From: Candidatus Harpocratesius repetitus
Lineage (GTDB): Archaea > Asgardarchaeota > Lokiarchaeia > Sigyniarchaeales > Promethearchaeaceae
Direction of reading: 5' to 3'
DNA: 32,000 nt
Assembly (NCBI GenBank): GCA_021498095.1
Contig: JAIZWK010000001.1
Span: forward strand, 3,900,001-3,932,000
Below are positions 26,030 to 32,000 of the stretch, piece after piece. The notes beneath the pieces were generated by a model, which had not been told where the DNA came from, did not search any database, and saw only the letters and a program-made list of their open reading frames with translations. The translations under genes were made by a program, and so were the position numbers. Positions within the stretch are counted from its first letter, which is position 1; each line of letters opens with the position of its first letter.

Positions 26030-27456
26030 CGCCCTCCAATTATCATATTTTTCAGCATTACATATGGCCCTCCACTTCCGACAGGAACGTGTTGCCCTCC
26101 CTTTGAACAATACCCTGCATCATATTCAATCTTATTACCTATTAAGCTAATCCGATTTAGAACATCAAGGGTTAAACCAGAAATCGCAGCGTCTCGGTAA
26201 ATTTGTGTTTTTTCTCCATTTTCAATTTTATATGCTTTTGCCATTTTGAATTGATGAGTGCCTTCAATTGGATCGACGTATCCATATTTCCAATTTACAC
26301 ACAGCAAACCATTTTTAAGTTCAGAGAGCATCTCATCGAGATTAGAATCTCCAGGTTCTAAGTATGTATTAGTCATTCGGACTTGTGGTAAACTAGAAAA
26401 ACCACTTGCTCTTCCATTTCCAGTTGGTTCACACCCCATTCGAGAAGAAGTTTCAAGGGAATGGAGAAAATTAATCAATTCTCCGTTTTTTACTATTTGA
26501 GTCTTTTGAGTTTCTGTTCCTTCAGAATCTACTGGAAGATATCCAAACCAGGTTTCTAAATAAGGATTATCAACAATATTTACATTTGGATTTCCTATTT
26601 TTTGTCCAATTTTTTCTGAAAGGATGCTTTCTCCGCTAATAACACCATCTGCTTCAGCAGTATGACCAAATGCTTCATGAATAAAAGTACCACACAGCAT
26701 TGGATCCAAAATAATATTGAATTTTCCCCCCGGGGCAATTTTTGAATCTAATAATTCAATTGCTGATTCCGCAGCTTTATGACCCAGTCCCAAGGCATCA
26801 GATAATGCTTCAAAACCGCCAATTCTTCCATGAGATACATGATATCCTTCTTGGCGGTTTCCATCACTTGCAATGGCTTGAAGTATGAAAAAGACCCAAC
26901 TATTCTTTAAACGGACAAAACGATTGAAATTATTATATATAATATTTTCAACTTCTAAATCGGAATAATTAACATTAGTAGACTTGATTCTAGGATCATA
27001 ATATGCTTCATTTTCGATTTCAAGAAGCATTTGCATCTTTTTATCCGGGGAAGTATTACCAATAGAAATTTTTTGAGGAATTACATATTCTTTTTTGTGA
27101 TCATCAGTTTGTTGAATTGAAAAAGGAGATTTTACGAATTGTGCACTCCAATGTGCAAGATCTGCAGCATTATGAAAAGTTTCGGTAATTGTTTCCTTAT
27201 TAAATTTATAACCTACCGCAAAACCATATCCTCCCTTAGTAAAAGCTTGAATTGAAAAACCTTTTCCAATTCCAATGCTTGAAGATTTAGTTATTTTTTT
27301 TAATAGGGAGAATGAAGTCATTTTTCCTTTAGCAAACCTTATATTAAAATATTCGATTTTTCTCTCTTTTGCTAAGTCTCTTAAAAAGTCTAAATCTTCC
27401 CGATCAATTGAAATTGGTTCAAGATCTATATTGATTTCCTCTGAATTTTCATTCAT
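26026..27456 (-). CDS. tldD: TldD metalloprotease
   Basis: HEAFGHTAEAD zinc motif, GNGRA, VRMTNTY and C-terminal CSKGGQHVPVGSGGP. Confidence 0.92.
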   Translation of the reverse strand: MNENSEEINIDLEPISIDREDLDFLRDLAKERKIEYFNIRFAKGKMTSFSLLKKITKSSSIGIGKGFSIQAFTKGGYGFAVGYKFNKETITETFHNAADLAHWSAQFVKSPFSIQQTDDHKKEYVIPQKISIGNTSPDKKMQMLLEIENEAYYDPRIKSTNVNYSDLEVENIIYNNFNRFVRLKNSWVFFILQAIASDGNRQEGYHVSHGRIGGFEALSDALGLGHKAAESAIELLDSKIAPGGKFNIILDPMLCGTFIHEAFGHTAEADGVISGESILSEKIGQKIGNPNVNIVDNPYLETWFGYLPVDSEGTETQKTQIVKNGELINFLHSLETSSRMGCEPTGNGRASGFSSLPQVRMTNTYLEPGDSNLDEMLSELKNGLLCVNWKYGYVDPIEGTHQFKMAKAYKIENGEKTQIYRDAAISGLTLDVLNRISLIGNKIEYDAGYCSKGGQHVPVGSGGPYVMLKNMIIGGR

Positions 27457-27497
27457 TTTTATCAAAAACTGTATTTCTATAAATATTTCTATAATTA

Positions 27498-28079
27498 TTA
27501 TTTAACGCTGGATGATTTTTTGGTTTTTTTTCTAACATTAATTTTCCCAAAAGTAAATGGAATGGAAGGAAATTTGAGTAATTGATCTGTGGAACCAGGG
27601 CGAAAATCTTTATTTATCAACATCAAGCCTGCTTGGCTTAATCTTGAAAGATTTTCTTCAAGTTTATTTAAATCTAACCCAATATTTTTTGCATTTTTGA
27701 TTAAATAAGATTTAGGTAACTGATTGGGAAAAAGTAATATTAATTCCGAGAGAAGATCTCCCAAGAGAATTTCTTGATTTTTTTTAGTTCCTTGAAGTTT
27801 TGCTTTAAATTCTTCAATTTTTAATTCATACTTATTAGGAGACTTCATGGTTTGAACAATTTGTAAAGCTTCATGAATATTTTCTGCTTTTGCTAAGATC
27901 TTCAATGTTTGGCATTTGATTCTTTTTCTACATTTAGGACATGTGCGTGTTTTTTGAGTTTCTCGAATGTATTGAGGTGTTCCACAATTTGAACAACGAA
28001 CTACGTAATAAACGGTAATCAACTCACTGCAATAATAATTTTTATAAATAACTTTAATATCTAAAAAGTAAGTATTCAT
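27498..28079 (-). CDS. DUF1922-like Zn-ribbon protein with a C-terminal winged-helix-like extension
   Basis: CSNC...CPKC ribbon. The true start may be TTG 28022 (MITVYYVVRC), which has GTGAG upstream. Confidence 0.7.
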   Translation of the reverse strand: MNTYFLDIKVIYKNYYCSELITVYYVVRCSNCGTPQYIRETQKTRTCPKCRKRIKCQTLKILAKAENIHEALQIVQTMKSPNKYELKIEEFKAKLQGTKKNQEILLGDLLSELILLFPNQLPKSYLIKNAKNIGLDLNKLEENLSRLSQAGLMLINKDFRPGSTDQLLKFPSIPFTFGKINVRKKTKKSSSVK

Positions 28080-28122
28080 AAAAAGTATTTTTTTTTGGGA
28101 TCAATATTTTATTAAAATATCA

Positions 28123-28569
28123 ATGAAATTTTTAACTTCAAAGAATTCCAGGCGTGGTTTTTATGTACTTTCTGCGATAGTTTTCATTATTTTATTCGTA
28201 ATTTTAGGCTCTATGATAAAAAATTTGAATACCTTCAATAATGAAAAATTGAATGGAGATTTTGCAGGAACAATTTCAATTCCAAACGAACCCCAGTATT
28301 ATCTTAATATTACCTTTAATGAAGAAGGAAAATTAAATGGAACTCTTCAAATTGGAAATGATACCAGAATTTTTGACAACATGGAGTATTTTATTATAGA
28401 TACTCATGTTGAATTTAGTATCTATTTCTTTGATCAAACAACTTCGATTGATATTGTATTCATTGGTGATATGAATGAACAAGGAACTTTATTAAGCGGA
28501 ACGGTTCAGATTTCAGAAGGAAATAACACCCCTAAAGAAGGTTCTTTTCATTTAGCTATTGTAGATTGA
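28123..28569 (+). CDS. Hypothetical membrane-anchored, beta-rich extracellular protein
   Basis: Basic N-terminus plus one TM, followed by repeated xGT(I/L/V)xI strands. Confidence 0.7.
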   Translation: MKFLTSKNSRRGFYVLSAIVFIILFVILGSMIKNLNTFNNEKLNGDFAGTISIPNEPQYYLNITFNEEGKLNGTLQIGNDTRIFDNMEYFIIDTHVEFSIYFFDQTTSIDIVFIGDMNEQGTLLSGTVQISEGNNTPKEGSFHLAIVD

Positions 28570-28671
28570 TATTTTCTTCTTCTTTTTTGATGTATTGTTT
28601 CATTCCGAAGAAATTTTATTTCATTTCACAAATTCTAAATTATTGAATTTATTGTTGTACATGACTACATT

Positions 28672-30066
28672 ATGAATGAAAATTCTATCCATCCAATTGA
28701 AGGTAGGTACAAAACCGAGCAAATGGCTAAAATATTTACACAAAGTGCAAAACTAGCACGATGGCTACGAGTTGAATCCGCTTTGGCTCAAGCACATGCA
28801 TTTGTAGGCAATATTCCCAAAAAAGCTGCAGATGAAATTTCTAAAAAAGCAACTTTAGAATATGTAAAAATTTCCAGAGTTTTGAGCATCGAACATGAGA
28901 TTCATCATGATTTAATGGCAATGGTCAAAGGATTAACCGAGCAATGTGAAGAACAAGCGGGAAACTACATTCATTTAGGCGCAACTTCTTATGATATTGA
29001 AGATACTGCGACAGCAATTCAGTTATCTCAAGGTCTAAAAATTTTACGTAGTTCAATTAAAAAAGTTTTAATTCTTCTTACAAATCTTGCAATAAATCAT
29101 AAAAACCACGTGTGTGTGGGCCGTACTCATGGACAACAAGCATTACCTACTACTTATGGCATGCGTTTTTCTGTGTGGGCATCAGAAATAGCTAGACATA
29201 TTGATCGAATTGATAATATCCTGCCACGCATAGCTGTTGGGAAAATGTCCGGAGCAGTAGGAACAATGGCATCATTCGGTGAAAAAGGATTTCACATTCA
29301 AAATAAAGTCATGGAAATTCTTAGTAAAGAATATAATATCCCAATTCGACCAGTCTTGGTTGCTAATCAAGTAATTCAAAGAGATCGACATGCAGAAATT
29401 TTAAACTTGACTGCATTAATTGCTGGAACTATTGACAAGATTGCCAGAGAAATGAGAATCTTGCAAAGAACAGAAATTGGAGAAATGTTTGAACCTTTTA
29501 CAAAAAAACAAGTTGGAAGTTCAACTATGCCTCATAAACGTAACCCACATAAAGCAGAAAGACTGTGTTCCTTAACAAGATTATTGAAATCTAATATTAT
29601 TGTAGGTATCGACAATATTGGATTAGAAGATGAAAGAGATCTAACAAATTCTGCTAATGAACGCATAATTTTCGCAGAAAATTTTATACTTTTAGATTAT
29701 ATGCTCAATCAACTCGCTCAAATTTTGGATGGTGTAGAATTCAATGAAGATGCAATAACCCGCAATCTAAATTTTACTCATGGAGCATTCTTGGCAGAAA
29801 AAATTATGGTGGCATTAGTAAAAAAAGGCATAGGTCGTCAAACAGGACACGAAATACTAAGAAATGCAGCAATTCAAGCACGATTACAAAATTTATCCAT
29901 GAAATCAATACTTATGAATGAACCTGAGATCTCTTCCCGATTTACTGAAAAAGAACTTGATGATCTTTTATGTCCTGATCAATACTTAGGAACAGCTATA
30001 ACACAAGTGGAACGCACTGTAACCTTTTTAAAACAAAATTACATACTTGAGAACAATTCAACGTGA
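28672..30066 (+). CDS. purB: Adenylosuccinate lyase
   Basis: HLGATSYD, GRTHGQQA and the SSTMPHKRNP signature. Confidence 0.96.
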   Translation: MNENSIHPIEGRYKTEQMAKIFTQSAKLARWLRVESALAQAHAFVGNIPKKAADEISKKATLEYVKISRVLSIEHEIHHDLMAMVKGLTEQCEEQAGNYIHLGATSYDIEDTATAIQLSQGLKILRSSIKKVLILLTNLAINHKNHVCVGRTHGQQALPTTYGMRFSVWASEIARHIDRIDNILPRIAVGKMSGAVGTMASFGEKGFHIQNKVMEILSKEYNIPIRPVLVANQVIQRDRHAEILNLTALIAGTIDKIAREMRILQRTEIGEMFEPFTKKQVGSSTMPHKRNPHKAERLCSLTRLLKSNIIVGIDNIGLEDERDLTNSANERIIFAENFILLDYMLNQLAQILDGVEFNEDAITRNLNFTHGAFLAEKIMVALVKKGIGRQTGHEILRNAAIQARLQNLSMKSILMNEPEISSRFTEKELDDLLCPDQYLGTAITQVERTVTFLKQNYILENNST

Positions 30067-30073
30067 AACACTT

Positions 30074-31264
30074 ATGGATCAAAAAAAAACAACATATGAA
30101 ATGTTAGGAGTATCTTCACAGAAAGAAGAAGTGCATGCAGCAGTCAAAAACCTTAATCAAGGCATATTTCCAGGTGCTTTTTGCAAGATAATAGCAGATA
30201 TTGCAGATAATCCTGCTTATTGTTCTTTAGTCCATGCAGATGGCGCAGGAACAAAATCGTCTCTTGCTTATATGATGTTCAGTGAAACAGCAGATCTTTC
30301 TTATTTTGAGGGAATTGTTCAAGATAGTATAGTAATGAATGTAGATGATGTCCTTTGTGTAGGTGCCGGAACGAGTTTCTTATTATCCAATACAATTGGT
30401 CGAAATAAAAAACTAATTTCTGGTGCTGTAATTAAAACAATAATCGAAGCTTATGATAAATTTATTCAACGATTACAAGAATTTGGACTTCCTATTACAT
30501 CATGTGGAGGAGAAACAGCTGATGTTGGTGATTTGGTTAGAACTTTAATTGTTGATTCCACATTGGTTACACGAATGAAGAGATCTGAGGTCATCCATCC
30601 AAAATCAATTCAGCCAGGAGATGTAATTGTTGGATTAAGTAGTTTTGGAAAAGCAAATTATGAAGATGAATATAATAGTGGTATTGGTAGTAATGGCTTA
30701 ACACTAGCACGACACGGATTATTGCATCATGACTATTATAAAAAGTATCAGGAATGTTACAGCCCAGAATTGGATGAAAATTGGACATTTTTTGGAAAAT
30801 ACAGTCTGCATGACAAAGTGCCTCAAACGAACTTAACTGTTGGCCAAGCTATTTTATCACCTACTAGAACCTATACCCCAATTCTTTTAGAATTATTTAA
30901 AATTGATCGATCACAAATTCATGCAATTTTCCATAATACTGGTGGAGGTCAGACTAAATGTTTAAAATTTGGGGAATCTCTTCATTACTATAAAAATAAC
31001 ATGTTTGCAGATCCACCATTTTTTAAACTAATTCAAGAATCATCTCAAACAGGATGGAAAGAGATGTATCAAGTATTTAATATGGGGCATAGAATGGAAA
31101 TTATATGTTCTGAAGATTTTGCAAAAGATTTCGTTATTAGAACTGCTCGCAAATATGGAGTTGAATCGAAAATAATTGGAGTTGTTGAGCGTTCTTCAGA
31201 AAAACATAAGAATTATTTGACTATCGAGAATTTGCATGGTAAATTTGAATATTCCTCAAAATAA
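30074..31264 (+). CDS. purM: Phosphoribosylformylglycinamidine cyclo-ligase (AIR synthase), Bacteroidetes-like type
   Basis: GVSSQKEEVH, FPGAFCKI, HADGAGTKS, GGETADVGDLVRT, GIGSNGLT, HNTGGGQTK, VFNMGHRME. ATG 30074 lies 7 bp after the purB stop. Confidence 0.9.
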   Translation: MDQKKTTYEMLGVSSQKEEVHAAVKNLNQGIFPGAFCKIIADIADNPAYCSLVHADGAGTKSSLAYMMFSETADLSYFEGIVQDSIVMNVDDVLCVGAGTSFLLSNTIGRNKKLISGAVIKTIIEAYDKFIQRLQEFGLPITSCGGETADVGDLVRTLIVDSTLVTRMKRSEVIHPKSIQPGDVIVGLSSFGKANYEDEYNSGIGSNGLTLARHGLLHHDYYKKYQECYSPELDENWTFFGKYSLHDKVPQTNLTVGQAILSPTRTYTPILLELFKIDRSQIHAIFHNTGGGQTKCLKFGESLHYYKNNMFADPPFFKLIQESSQTGWKEMYQVFNMGHRMEIICSEDFAKDFVIRTARKYGVESKIIGVVERSSEKHKNYLTIENLHGKFEYSSK

Positions 31265-31287
31265 GAGAAATATGGTGATTCTTGAAA

Positions 31288-32000
31288 ATGACAACTTCTG
31301 AAAACTATGCAAGGCTTATATTTTTGCTCCTTTCAAGCGTCTTAACAAATTTTTTTTTCTATTTTATTTCTCAAATAATTTTAGATAAATCACTTTCTGA
31401 TGGATTATTGAAACTATATATTTACTGGATCAGTTTAGCGGTTTTCACCTTTTTTTCCTTATCATTTGGAGTCTGGATCGTTTACAAAATTTTCCCAAAT
31501 AACCAAGTTAAAAATATCCAACAATCAAAAAAACAAGATAAAAAAAAAAAAAACAATTCATTATCTTTACCTCCTAAGAACAAAGATCAAAAACCCCATC
31601 TAAAAATTCTATTCAAAGGATTTACAAAAAAAAACTTTTTTTCTCAAATTAAGGATGGTATTTTACTTTTCACTTGTATTTACATTCCCTTAGATTTTAT
31701 CAGTTATCTTATTCCAGGAGTTTTAGATTATTCAGTCAATTCTTTACAAGTATTAGATTTGAACGATCCTATGAACTATTTTCTTTATAATTTTCCTTTA
31801 ATGATAATCACAACTCTTTTTATCCATTTCTTAGTTGCGAGTCGAGAAGAATTCATATACCGGGAATTTTTCTTAACGATTGGCAAAGAAGAACTTCAAT
31901 CGCCCAAAGTATTCTTGTATAGTGCAATCCTATTCGGATTGGCACATTTTAATTATATTTTTATTCCAAATAATATTGGTAAATCTGTTTTTTATCCAAT
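31288..32000 (+). CDS. CPBP (CAAX/Abi-family) intramembrane glutamic protease, runs off the right edge
   Basis: Not in the ORF track. The frame is open from ATG 31288 (GGTGA upstream) to the window end, with several TMs, REEFIYR (EExxxR) and SAILFGLAH (FxxxH) motifs. Confidence 0.85.
   Translation, partial: MTTSENYARLIFLLLSSVLTNFFFYFISQIILDKSLSDGLLKLYIYWISLAVFTFFSLSFGVWIVYKIFPNNQVKNIQQSKKQDKKKKNNSLSLPPKNKDQKPHLKILFKGFTKKNFFSQIKDGILLFTCIYIPLDFISYLIPGVLDYSVNSLQVLDLNDPMNYFLYNFPLMIITTLFIHFLVASREEFIYREFFLTIGKEELQSPKVFLYSAILFGLAHFNYIFIPNNIGKSVFYP

Noticed and set aside
25964-26110. ORF-track N-terminal extensions such as pmbA from 26110, VTC from 16514, purM from 30047 and the antitoxin from 3762
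   Set aside because: They run deep into neighbouring genes or non-coding DNA. Downstream ATGs give better RBS spacing or stop-start coupling.
24638-27456. TldD/PmbA as part of a peptide natural-product cluster
   Set aside because: No precursor peptide or modification enzyme is adjacent, and the pair is widespread housekeeping in archaea.
268-30788. Short ORF-track entries overlapping real genes (268, 1209, 2893, 6658, 6735, 6904, 8546, 12350, 16849, 19064, 20117, 23005, 23466, 24917, 25964, 26258, 27275, 30591)
   Set aside because: These are antisense or alternate-frame shadows of well-supported genes with no recognisable motifs. The GGPINI text in 268 and 1209 is simply the antisense of the RFC Walker A regions.
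1-32000. CRISPR array, rRNA, tRNA, integrase or prophage genes
   Set aside because: No regularly spaced 25-40 bp repeats, cloverleaf or rRNA-like segments, or viral hallmark genes were seen by eye. A tRNAscan/Infernal run would be needed to exclude small RNAs.

Overview
AT-rich archaeal chromosomal window, most likely from an Asgard archaeon (Lokiarchaeia-like). That assignment is an inference from the archaeal-type RFC genes, low GC and an expanded Roadblock set; no taxonomic marker is present. From left to right: (1) a three-gene clamp-loader operon, rfcS - second rfcS paralog with a destroyed Walker B - rfcL (rfcL runs off the left edge and is missing from the ORF track); (2) two tandem PIN-type toxin-antitoxin pairs; (3) a GH38 alpha-mannosidase, a UbiA prenyltransferase, a SAM methyltransferase and a membrane protein; (4) a decaying ~7 kb accessory island bracketed by one full-length and one truncated ISH3-like IS, each next to a copy of a second 120-bp repeat, carrying two winged-helix regulators, a frameshifted CotH-kinase/lamin-tail gene and a truncated VTC-domain gene; (5) a compact seven-gene signalling operon, V4R-like protein - unannotated 41-aa three-Cys protein - Roadblock - MglA/CvnD-like small GTPase - three more Roadblocks, which is the best candidate for an undescribed system; (6) housekeeping genes: UDP-glucuronate decarboxylase, DUF1616, pmbA/tldD, a Zn-ribbon protein, purB, a Bacteroidetes-type purM, and a CPBP protease running off the right edge (also missing from the ORF track). 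No rRNA, tRNA or CRISPR array was recognised. All family assignments come from motif recognition by eye, not database searches.
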